A DNA stretch of 63,576 bases, filler included, from Basidiobolus meristosporus CBS 931.73 (Eukaryota; Fungi; Basidiobolomycota): NCBI GenBank assembly GCA_002104905.1. It is 4 parts of 4 records of this genome, joined end to end, with 100 filler letters (N's around TTAATTAATTAA, not from the genome) between each part and the next. Parts side by side here need not be neighbours in the genome. Positions count along the whole stretch, not along the records: positions 54,034 to 63,576 come from MCFE01001323.1; 3 more parts are not named here. One strand, 5' to 3'. Within the stretch, counting starts at the first letter, position 1. Every line of letters begins with the position of its first letter. Position numbers and translations under genes: made by a program. The notes beneath the pieces were generated by a model that had not been told where the DNA came from, searched no databases, and saw only the letters and a program-made list of their open reading frames with translations. This document shows positions 53,934 through 63,393 of the stretch, piece after piece.

Positions 53934-54033
53934 NNNNNNNNNNNNNNNNNNNNNNNNNNNNNNNNNNNNNNNNNNNNTTAATTAATTAANNNNNNNNNNN
54001 NNNNNNNNNNNNNNNNNNNNNNNNNNNNNNNNN
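53934..54033. other. Artificial contig spacer
   Basis: N-run with TTAATTAATTAA. Confidence 0.97.
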
Positions 54034-54470
54034 CCATCCACGCACTAAATCGGCAAACTGTTAGAGCAATTTAACACTAAAACTATTAACCCGATGGATC
54101 TCACCGCCGTGATTCGCTCCATGTTCAATACAAATGGATCACTGGAAAGGTAGCGGGAATCACCCTTGGAATACTCCTTCCAGACCTGACCTAAGACAAA
54201 TTGGTCCCCAGCAAGAGAGGCGTAGTTTTGAATATAGTATCCCTCCAAGCCCACGTGAATAAGCCCAGCAAGTACGCACCACATGAATAATAAGCGATCT
54301 TGAGTCTTGAGCTTCCTGTTTTCAAGGGCAATTTTTGCTGCTAGCAGAAGAATCGCTCCGAACGAGCCAAAGACCACGCTCAGAATGTGCCCTGTTCCAC
54401 TTGTGTTGGGAACATAATGCGGCAAAGAAAGGTTTCTTGGATAATATGGATGGCTATTGACGGTATTCAT
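54034..54470 (-). CDS. EBP: Emopamil-binding protein family sterol delta8-delta7 isomerase, 3'-partial
   Basis: HPYYP, GLIHVGLEGY, WKEYSKGDSRYL, FVLNMERIT. Confidence 0.88.
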
Positions 54471-55053
54471 TGATGAACTCGGACGAGTAAACCCCGGCCT
54501 TTATAATGGCCACAGGACGGAGGTTCCTATTCATCCGTCCCGGGCAAACTATTTCTTCCACATTGGCATATGAAACCGCGATTTAGTTGATATTACTCGT
54601 TGGAATTTACTGTGTGCAAGCACGCTTATTAGGTAGCAGCCTTTTCTTGGCGTCTACTTTGTTGTGTTACTTTTTAGCTGCAATCCTACACGGTAAGGAA
54701 GTGCCAACCTACGCCTTGGGATTCGCTGTTTTAAATGAACTGCCTATTCCAACAATGTCTTTATGATGCAAAGCGTGTTTTGTGTATTCCCACTGTTTTA
54801 TATGCGGAATATGGAAATACTGGTTAATGTTGTGATCAAATGCTTCTCAACATGCAAATGCATCCAACATTGAGAGTGAGATTATAAATGGTATAAAAGA
54901 TTGGGCATCTTGAACTCAGCACATAAACTAGTGTTGTATGGTTGCTGGAGGCCAATGTATAATCACTCACTTATTCAGCCAATGGAACTGACCAGCATTA
55001 TCCTGCTTATAACTGATACCATAGTCAGCTGTATTTCTTCATAAACCCCAGAA

Positions 55054-55286
55054 GGGGGGGAGGTAACAATTGCCAACAGGTGGTGTCTTTTTCTCAATAA
55101 CTCAAATAAAGATTCCAAGTGCTACATTGATGGCTTTTTTATAAGTAAATACAGAGAAGGGTCATTTTGTGAAAGCCTATAAGATATGTCACTAAGCTCA
55201 AGAGGGGTTTCTTGTATCCAGGAGAAAAGTGTAATAGAACTCCCAAATAGTTTAACTTAACCTAAGTGACAACTAAGTGCAGAATC
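55054..55286 (-). mobile_element. Diverged 3' fragment related to family A (element D)
   Basis: G7-AGGTAACAATTGCCAACAGGTGGTGTCTTTTT...AAAGATTCCAAGTGCTAC parallels the A 3' end (CCAACAGGTG...AAAGAAGCCAGTGCTAC). Confidence 0.55.
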
Positions 55287-55289
55287 TTA

Positions 55290-56121
55290 GGGGAGGGAAA
55301 GTCACCAAAGTAGGTGAAATCTTTATTTGATTTCAGACAAGTCTAACTACAAATAAAGAAGCCAGCTAGGAATAGAAGATTCCCAAAGTAAAAAACTAAG
55401 CTGAATATGAATAAATCTAAGCCAAAGTTAAGGCAGTATCCCAGAGTACACTGGAGTTCAGGTTCATGGGGGAGTGAAGTAGATAAGCTTGAGAGATATA
55501 ATAATCTTTCAGGAAGTGGGCAACAGCAGGTGAAGGGGAGTTTTTGATAAGTGAAGTGAATCTTGCAAGCAGAGATTCCTCTAACAAGAAGGTCTTGTAA
55601 ACTGGAGAATCAGGAAACTCTTTAAAGGCATGGTCAGTAGGTTCCCAGTAAAACTGGTCAGAGACATTTTGAGAGAACTGTTTAGCTATACTTTGGTCAA
55701 GTACTGCCTCCAGAGTGTGATGGTTGATAAACCTCATGTTAACAATCTTGGATAAGTTGTAACCTTGTTGCTTGAGATACATCCTATGCTCAGATATGGG
55801 AATAAACTCCACATTGGCAAAGTAGCAGACAGCCCAGTCAGTAGCAGGAGGCAAATCAGAAGTGGCAGGAAGCTTTCTTTTAGTCTTGGGGGGAGCAGCA
55901 GGATGTCTTGAGGAGGCAGGAACAGAATTTTTGACAGCTTTGGAGTAGGAAGAGTGAGCAGGAGCAGATGATTCTTGGGGAGTCTTGTTGAGAGGAAGAG
56001 TTGACACAGGGAGAATAGATTCTTGCAGATCAGAGAAGGCAGAAAACAGCTTTTGAACATGTTTCTTGAGTAGAGCATTTTCAGCTTCAACAAGTGCAAG
56101 CCTTTCCTCAAGGAAGGAAAT
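55290..56121 (-). mobile_element. Family B copy B2, 5'-truncated at codon ~9 of its ORF
   Basis: B 3' signature; ORF open from ISFLEERL to the stop at 55417; cut by TTAG-G10. Confidence 0.9.
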
Positions 56122-56188
56122 TTAGGGGGGGGGGAGACAGTCACCAACAGGTGAAATCTTTATTTCAGTTGAAACAAAGAAGCCAGCG

Positions 56189-58957
56189 CTACTGTTGTAG
56201 CTTTGATACAAGAGTGTGTAGCTGAGGGGAATTTGTAGGTATGTTAATAAGAAGTGATGATAGTTCTTCAGTGCTCAAGACACTGTTCAGTGGGAAGGGG
56301 GGTAGCAAGAGAGGTAAGAATGACTTGTGAACAACATTAATGAGGGGAATGTGATAAGGATTGATATTCATCATAAAGGGAGTGTGCTGCTGCAGATATT
56401 GCTGCCAAAGGTCTGTCAAGTACTTCAGGTAGGCCAGCTTGGGTTTTTCTGACTGCAGAATAAATTCAGCAAACTTCTTGACTTCAGGATCTCCAAGAAT
56501 AGTTCTCCAGCAGGAGTCAGGTGTTGTGTGGTGTGTTCTCTTCCAGGCCTTAATCAGTGGGTTGTTGCAGTTGTGAAGTCTGAGGTATAATCTGGTTCTA
56601 AGGTAGAGAAGTCTGATCTTATAGGGCATAAACCCAAAAGCACCAAGAATAGCATGTCTGTAGGGGCATTCAGGCAGATGAGGCACCAAGGAGGTAATGC
56701 ACCATACTTCAAACTTGTCAAGCTTAGTGCAGTCTCTAGAAGTAAGAGAGAGAAGTGGTAAGCCAAATTCCAGGACAGGGAAGACAAACTGCTTGAGTAG
56801 AAGGAGGCAGCTGGGAGCTGAAGTTGTAGGAGGAGTAACAGCCAGTAGCTTGTGGAGTGCCTGTCTTGCTAGGATAATTCTCTTCTTGAGGTGTGCTCCA
56901 GAATCTAATCCAGTAGGAAGGAAACAAAAGCCAAGATATGTAGCAGAAACCTGAGCAGGTAGAGTGGAGTTCTCCAAGTTGATGGGAGAGCCCAAAGGTA
57001 CTGTCTTTGCAATGGAAAGCTGGAGATTATTCTTCTGCAGATACTGGTGGATGGTCTGGGAGTCTTGTTGCACATTGGAGGAGGATATTCTGATGTCATC
57101 AGCAAAGAGAGTAACCAGGCAGTCAGCTGAGAGTCTTGGGAAATCATTCAGGAAGATGGCAAACAGTATAGGACCAAGCACAGAGCCTTGAACCACTCCA
57201 TTAGGAACTGAGAACACTGGTGATTGCTCACTTAGGTGCAGAATTTTTGCTTGTGGATCCAGAAACAGAGACCTGACAAGGAGGGTGAGAGAGGTACTGG
57301 AGAAGCATTGCAACTTGGACCAAAGCAGATTTCTGTCAACTGAATCAAAGGCCTTAGTAATATCAAACAGAACTGAGGGATACTTGCACTGGAGAGAGTG
57401 ATCATGGCTAAGTATGACTGCATATTCCAAGGAGAGGCCAGGAACAAAGCCAAACTGTGCAGGATGAAACTTGAGGGAGTCAGAGTAGAGCTCCTGAGCA
57501 AGCAGAAGCTCAAACACCTTTCTGCAGGTGGGCAGCAGAGATATTGGCCTGTAGGAGCTAGGATCCAGGTGCTTTCCTTTACCCTTGTACAGTGGCAGAA
57601 CATTTGCAAAGGACCATTCCTCAGGAGTAGAAAGCTGGGCTGAGCATTGCTGAAACAGTGGAAGCAGAAGTGCAGACATGGCCTTGGTACTAGTCTTCAG
57701 AAGCCTATAAGAGATTGTGTCCACACCTGGAGCAGTAGAGTTGGGAAGCCTCTTGAGCACATTATGGATTCTCCTTTGATCAAGTGCAAGTGGGATGGGC
57801 AGAGTCTTGAAGTCAGGATGAAAGCCAGGAGTTGAGTACTGCTTTGTAGAGAAGAAGATGTTAGCCAGCTGCTCTGTTGAAGGTAACTTCCTGGAAGAGG
57901 GCCTCATTGCCCTGTAGAGTCTTGATGCTGTTCTTGTTATAGAGTTGGAAGATTGCAGAGGCAAGGAACTCATAATATGATCCCAGAGCTGAGTATGCAG
58001 AGTGTGGTGAATTGCCTTGGAGTGGTGTATTGCTGTCAGGAGGAGTTTCTCTGTTTTTGGGTTAGGGAAACTCAGGTAGCTTTGTTGCAGGGCTGAAACA
58101 ATGGATTCCCATTTTCTTGAGGTAACAGCAGTAGTCTTGCATGGCAGTGAGAGGGAGGCAGACACCAGAATCAGATGCTTCACAAAGAGCCAGGCATAGT
58201 TGAGATCATCTGGCAGAGAAAGCAGCAAACTGGCAAGCTTCAAGTAGTTCCCAAAGTCTTTCTTCTGATTCTTGGTAGCTTTGTGGGTGAGCACAGTAAG
58301 TTTTGGCAGCTTCTTCTTCACAACTGGTTGCATAGAAAGGGACCAGGCTGGGTGGTCAGAGGCTCTCAAGGATCCTAGCTCAGCTCCAGAGAATTGCTTA
58401 ACTTCATTCACAAAGTAGAGGGCAGCAGCAGAAGGGCAGATCCAGTCAACACATCTTTTCTCAGATTGAGCACCTAGTGCTAGCAGATGGCTTTCTCTCA
58501 GGAAGTTCAGTAGGAGTGTAGACCTTGGCTTCATTCTTGCAGTCAGAGTAGTCTTGTTCTCAGGATGGGGAATGTTGAGATCTCCAAGCAAGATAATAGG
58601 TGTTGATATAGATTGCTGGTATTGCTGAGCTTTCTGGCATATAACTTGCACTTCCTGAAGGGCAAGACTTGGAGGCAGATAGCAGAGCACCAGACTGATA
58701 GTTGGCAACTGGAGAGCAGCACAGTAAGGGGAGTAAAGAGGAACACAGAGCTGAGGAGTATTGATGGTAGAAGAGATGAAGCAGATAGAGGAGGTATTCT
58801 TTGTTCTAGGAGTAGAAAAGCAATATAGATTAGTCAAAAGTATAGAGGGTAGCTGGACATCAATCAAACACAGGAGGGAAAATCTTGAAAGAAGTCTCTC
58901 TAGAGTTGGTCTTGATGGCTGTATGCTGTTGCAGTTAAGCAACAGAACTTCAGGTAG
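56189..58957 (-). CDS. A3 ORF2 (APE-EN + RT), starting directly after the ORF1 TGA in the same frame
   Basis: TGA-CTA-CCT-GAA-GTT-CTG-TTG-CTT-AAC-TGC = *LPEVLLLNCNSIQ; EN and RT motifs as in A2. Confidence 0.93.
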   Translation of the reverse strand, partial: LPEVLLLNCNSIQPSRPTLERLLSRFSLLCLIDVQLPSILLTNLYCFSTPRTKNTSSICFISSTINTPQLCVPLYSPYCAALQLPTISLVLCYLPPSLALQEVQVICQKAQQYQQSISTPIILLGDLNIPHPENKTTLTARMKPRSTLLLNFLRESHLLALGAQSEKRCVDWICPSAAALYFVNEVKQFSGAELGSLRASDHPAWSLSMQPVVKKKLPKLTVLTHKATKNQKKDFGNYLKLASLLLSLPDDLNYAWLFVKHLILVSASLSLPCKTTAVTSRKWESIVSALQQSYLSFPNPKTEKLLLTAIHHSKAIHHTLHTQLWDHIMSSLPLQSSNSITRTASRLYRAMRPSSRKLPSTEQLANIFFSTKQYSTPGFHPDFKTLPIPLALDQRRIHNVLKRLPNSTAPGVDTISYRLLKTSTKAMSALLLPLFQQCSAQLSTPEEWSFANVLPLYKGKGKHLDPSSYRPISLLPTCRKVFELLLAQELYSDSLKFHPAQFGFVPGLSLEYAVILSHDHSLQCKYPSVLFDITKAFDSVDRNLLWSKLQCFSSTSLTLLVRSLFLDPQAKILHLSEQSPVFSVPNGVVQGSVLGPILFAIFLNDFPRLSADCLVTLFADDIRISSSNVQQDSQTIHQYLQKNNLQLSIAKTVPLGSPINLENSTLPAQVSATYLGFCFLPTGLDSGAHLKKRIILARQALHKLLAVTPPTTSAPSCLLLLKQFVFPVLEFGLPLLSLTSRDCTKLDKFEVWCITSLVPHLPECPYRHAILGAFGFMPYKIRLLYLRTRLYLRLHNCNNPLIKAWKRTHHTTPDSCWRTILGDPEVKKFAEFILQSEKPKLAYLKYLTDLWQQYLQQHTPFMMNINPYHIPLINVVHKSFLPLLLPPFPLNSVLSTEELSSLLINIPTNSPQLHTLVSKLQQ

Positions 58958-60274
58958 TCAGGCAGAGGTTGTAGCTTCTTCAGAGGCAGCATTGACAATG
59001 TGACCTGCAGAGTCCCAGAGCTCTTCAAATGGTGCATCACTTAAGTCAGCAAGGAGGGAAATGGCATGGTTCTTGAGGAAGTATGCCACATCATAGGAGG
59101 GGGCTTGTCTCTTGATGGCAGCAAAGAAAGACAGAATGGCAACATGGGCTGGAGGCTTGTTGAACAGTAGAGAGTCAGAGGATTCAGATTCTTCAGGCAC
59201 TATCTTGAAGTCAGTTTTCAGCCAGTTAAGGTTCTTCTCCACAAAGGCAACAAATGGGTCAGCAATGTTTTGGTCTAGGATAACCTCCAGAATCTTCCCT
59301 TTTCTCCAGGCCAGGTTGACAATTCTTGAGAGCTGAATATTGCATGCCTTGAGTGCTCTCCTGATGTTGGAAATGGGAGTCCACGGAACTTGCTTCAAGT
59401 ACACCACAGTCCAGGTAGAAGCTGGTGGTAGGTTTGCTGGGGGCTTGTAAGTTCTTCTGTGTGGCAATGGAGCTGCAGTAGTCAGATTTGAGTCCACATT
59501 CTCAGTAGAGGGTTTTCTTGATGTGTCTTGCTGAATGGTACTGGAGCTGGATGTGCTGATAATTCTTGCTAGAACCTTGCCTGCATAAGTCTGAGGTATA
59601 GCTGAGGTGACTCTAGAGGTGGTGGCAGCTGGTGCAGGTGGAGAGGCAGAAACTGAAGCTGGAACTGAGGTCACCTGGGAGAAGGCAGTAGAAGCAGGTT
59701 TTCTGGGAGGAACAGAGTTCACTATCCAGTTGTTCTGTAAAACACTGGAGTAGCTTTTCTGTGGAACAGGATCTTGCTCTGGAACAGGAACAGAAGCAGG
59801 AGGCTGGGGCTGAGCAGTAGTGCTAAGGCAGTGGCACTCCAAGGAAGCTTTTTGCAAGGCATCTCTGGCAGTTTTCAGGGCAGTATTAGCTTCATTCTTG
59901 AGCTTCTTGCATTGGGCATCCAGTCTCTTGTTTTCAATAGCCAGGGCAGTATTGGCAGCCTCTAAATCAGCAATTCTCTTCTCAATTGCAAGGAATCTCT
60001 GAAGAAATGCATCAGTAGAAGTGCTGGCATCTGGGAGAGCAGTGGCAGGAATAGACTCCATTGACAGTGGGCTTCTTGAAGGCAAGGAAAGTGGACTGGC
60101 AGATTCAGGCACAAAAGGAGATATCCTGGCAGGAGGAGAAGGAGTATCCAAGGCAGTAACAGAGGCAATTCTTGTTGGTGAAGCAGCAGCAGGGGAGGCA
60201 AGCCTGTTCAGAAACTGGGCAGGAGAGAGTGCTTGAGGAGAGGGAGTCTTCAGCTTGCCAAGCATGTCTTCCAT
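58958..60274 (-). CDS. A3 ORF1 (438 aa): low-complexity region, coiled coil, conserved C-terminal domain; no CCHC seen
   Basis: FLAIEKRIADLEAANTALAIENKRLDAQCKKLKNE heptads; position upstream of ORF2. Confidence 0.88.
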   Translation of the reverse strand: MEDMLGKLKTPSPQALSPAQFLNRLASPAAASPTRIASVTALDTPSPPARISPFVPESASPLSLPSRSPLSMESIPATALPDASTSTDAFLQRFLAIEKRIADLEAANTALAIENKRLDAQCKKLKNEANTALKTARDALQKASLECHCLSTTAQPQPPASVPVPEQDPVPQKSYSSVLQNNWIVNSVPPRKPASTAFSQVTSVPASVSASPPAPAATTSRVTSAIPQTYAGKVLARIISTSSSSTIQQDTSRKPSTENVDSNLTTAAPLPHRRTYKPPANLPPASTWTVVYLKQVPWTPISNIRRALKACNIQLSRIVNLAWRKGKILEVILDQNIADPFVAFVEKNLNWLKTDFKIVPEESESSDSLLFNKPPAHVAILSFFAAIKRQAPSYDVAYFLKNHAISLLADLSDAPFEELWDSAGHIVNAASEEATTSA

Positions 60275-60491
60275 CAGAGTGATACCAATATTCCTGGTGC
60301 ATTTGCAGAGAAAAGTAAGCTTCCTGAGTCTGCCAGCTCTTCCATTCCTTCTGATGGTTCCTTTAGGGGAGGGAAAGTCACCAAGGTAGGTGAAATCTTT
60401 ATTTGATTTCAGACAAGTCTAACTACAAATAAAGAAGCCAGCTGGGAATAGAAGATTCCCAAAGTAAATACTAAGTTGAATATGAATAAAT

Positions 60492-61220
60492 CTAAGCTAA
60501 AGTTAAGGCAGTATCCCAGAGTACACTGGAGTTCAGGTTCATGGGGGAGTGAAGTAGATAAGCTTGAGAGATATAATAATCTTTAAGGAAGTGGGTAACA
60601 GCAGGTGAAGGGGAGTTTCTGATAAGTGAAGTGAATCTTGAGAGCAGAGATTCCTCTAATGAGAAGGTCTTGTAAACTGGAGAATCAGGAAACTCTTTAA
60701 AGGCATGGTCAGTAGGTTCCCAGTAAAGCTGGTCAGAGACATTTTGAGAGAACTCTTTAGCAATACTTTTGTCAAGTACTACCTCCAGAGTGTGATGGTT
60801 GATAAATCTCATGTTGACAATCTTGGATAAGTTGTAACCTTGTTGCTTGAGATACATCCTATGCTCAGATATAGGAATAAACTCCACATTGGCAAAGTAG
60901 CAGACAGCCCAGTCAGCAGCAGGAGGCAAATCAGAAGTGGCAGGAAACTTTCTTTTGGTCTTGGGAGGAGCAGCAGGATGTCTTGAGGGAGCAGGAACAG
61001 ACTTTTTGACAACTTCAGAGTAGGAAGAGTGAGCAGGAGCAGATGATTCTTGGGGAGTCTTGTTGGCAGGAAGGGTTGGCACAGGGACAATAGATTCTTG
61101 CAGATCAGAGAAGGCAGAAAAGAGCTTTTGAACTTGCTTCTTGAGTAGAGCATTTTCAGCTTCAACAAGTGCAAGCCTTTCCTCAAGGAAAGAAATCTGA
61201 AGGGAATGGAGTGAAGGCAT
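60492..61220 (-). CDS. Family B ORF1-like protein (242 aa, MPSLHSLQ...)
   Basis: Same length as and near-identical to the B1 ORF. Confidence 0.8.
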   Translation of the reverse strand: MPSLHSLQISFLEERLALVEAENALLKKQVQKLFSAFSDLQESIVPVPTLPANKTPQESSAPAHSSYSEVVKKSVPAPSRHPAAPPKTKRKFPATSDLPPAADWAVCYFANVEFIPISEHRMYLKQQGYNLSKIVNMRFINHHTLEVVLDKSIAKEFSQNVSDQLYWEPTDHAFKEFPDSPVYKTFSLEESLLSRFTSLIRNSPSPAVTHFLKDYYISQAYLLHSPMNLNSSVLWDTALTLA

Positions 61221-61260
61221 AAGAAATAAGAAGAAGAGGGTAAGATAGGGTGGGTGGGTG

Positions 61261-61923
61261 GGAAAATTAGCAGGGAGAAGAGAAGGAAGGAGCAAAAATT
61301 CCAGAAGTCAGAATTTATAGATGGATGGACAAGGGTAGATGGATGGATTATTCCTGGGTTAGGAAAATTAGCAGGGAGAAGAGAAGGAAGGAGCAAAAAT
61401 TCCAGAAGTCAGAATTTATAGATGGATGGACAAGGGTAGATGGATGGATTATTCCTGGGTTAGGAAAATTAGCAGGGAGAAGAGAAGGAAGGAGCAAAAA
61501 TTCCAGAAGTCAGAATTTATAGATGGATGGACAAGGGTAGATGGATGGATTATTCCTGGGTTAGGAAAATTAGCAGGGAGAAGAGAAGGAAGGAGCAAAA
61601 ATTCCAGAAGTCAGAATTTATAGATGGATGGACAAGGGTAGATGGATGGATTATTCCTGGGTTAGGAAAATTAGCAGGGAGAAGAGAAGGAAGGAGCAAA
61701 AATTCCAGAAGTCAGAATTTATAGATGGATGGACAAGGGTAGATGGATGGATTATTCCTGGGTTAGGAAAATTAGCAGGGAGAAGAGAAGGAAGGAGCAA
61801 AAATTCCAGAAGTCAGAATTTATAGATGGATGGATTATTCCTGGGTTAGGAAAATTAGCAGGGAGAAGAGAAGGAAGGAGCAAAAATTCCAGAAGTCAGA
61901 ATTTATAGATGGATGGACAAGGG
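61261..61923. repeat. 101-bp tandem repeat: 5 full units, one 83-bp unit, one partial
   Basis: Unit starts 61261, 61362, 61463, 61564, 61665, 61766, 61849. Confidence 0.95.
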
Positions 61924-61932
61924 TTAGGGTTA

Positions 61933-63353
61933 GGGGGGAGACAGTCACCAACAGGTGAAATCTTTATTTCAGTTGAAACAAAGAAGCCAGCACTACTGTT
62001 GTAGCTTTGATACAAGAGTGTGTAGCTGAGGGGAATTTGTAGGTAAGTTAATAAGAAGTGATGATAGTTCTTCAGTGCTCAAGACACTGTTCAGTGGGAA
62101 GGGGGGTAGCAAGAGAGGTAAGAATGACTTGTGAACAACATTAATGAGGGGAATGTGATAAGGATTGATATTCATCATAAAGGGAGTGTGCTGCTGCAGA
62201 TATTGCTGCCAAAGGTCTGTCAAGTACTTCAGGTAGGCCAGCTTGGGTTTTTCTGACTGCAGAATATAGTGAGCAAACTTCTTGACTTCAGGATCTCCAA
62301 GTATAGTTCTCCAGCAGGAGCCAGGTGTTGTGTGGTGTGTTCTCTTCCAGGCCTTAATCAGTGGGTTGTTGCAGTTGTGAAGTCTGAGGTATAATCTGGT
62401 TCTAAGGTAGAGAAGTCTGATCTTATAGGGCATAAACCCAAAAGCACCAAGAATAGCATGTCTGTAGGGGCATTCAGGCAAATGAGGCACCAAGGAGGTA
62501 ATGCACCATACTGCAAACTTGTCAAGCTTAGTGCAGTCTCTAGAAGTAAGAGAGAGAAGTGGTAAGCCAAATTCCAGGACAGGGAAGACAAACTGCTTGA
62601 GTAGAAGGAGGCAGCTGGGAGCTGAAGTTGTAGGAGGAGTAACAGCCAGTAGCTTGTGGAGTGCCTGTCTTGCCAGGATAATTCTCTTCTTCAGGTGTGC
62701 TCCAGAGTCTAGTCCAGTAGGAAGGAAAGGAAAGCCAAGATATGTAGCAGAAACCTGAGCAGGTAGAGTGGAGTTCTCCAAGTTGATGGGAGAGCCCAAA
62801 GGTACTGTCTTTGCAATGGAAAGCTGGAGATTATTCTTCTGCAGATACTGGTGGATGGTCTGGGAGTCTTGTTGCACATTGGAGGAGGATATTCTGATGT
62901 CATCAGCAAAGAGAGTAACCAGGCAGTCAGCTGAGAGTCTTGGGAAATCATTCAGGAAGATGGCAAACAGTATAGGACCAAGCACAGAGCCTTGAACCAC
63001 TCCATTAGGAACTGAGAACACAGCTGATTGCTCACTTGGGTGCAGAATTCTTGCTTGTGGATCCAGAAACAGAGACCTGACAAGGAGGGTGAGAGAGGTA
63101 CTGGAGAAGCACTGCAACTTGGACCAAAGCAGATTTCTGTCAACTGAATCAAAGGCCTTAGTAATATCAAACAGAACTGAGGGATACTTGCACTGGAGAG
63201 AGTGATCTTGGCTAAGTATGACTGCATATTCCAAGGAGAGGCCAGGAACAAAGCCAAACTGTGCAGGATGAAACTTGAGAGAGTCAGAGTAGAGCTCCTG
63301 AGCAAGCAGAAGCTCAAACACCTTTCTGCAGGTGGGCAGCAGAGATATTGGCC

Positions 63354-63354
<1 letters not shown>
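61933..63354 (-). mobile_element. Family A copy A4, 5'-truncated in the RT and capped by telomere
   Basis: Matches A3 up to GATATTGGCCT, then switches to AGGGTT repeats. Confidence 0.95.

Positions 63355-63393
<39 letters not shown>

Larger units (their letters stand above)
56125..60362 (-). mobile_element. Telomeric LINE family A, copy A3: both ORFs open (longest copy, ~4.2 kb)
   Basis: 3' signature at 56125; ORF2 and ORF1 uninterrupted. Confidence 0.96.
60366..61923 (-). mobile_element. Family B copy B3 with intact ORF and 5' repeats
   Basis: B 3' signature at 60370; intact ORF; repeat block. Confidence 0.9.
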
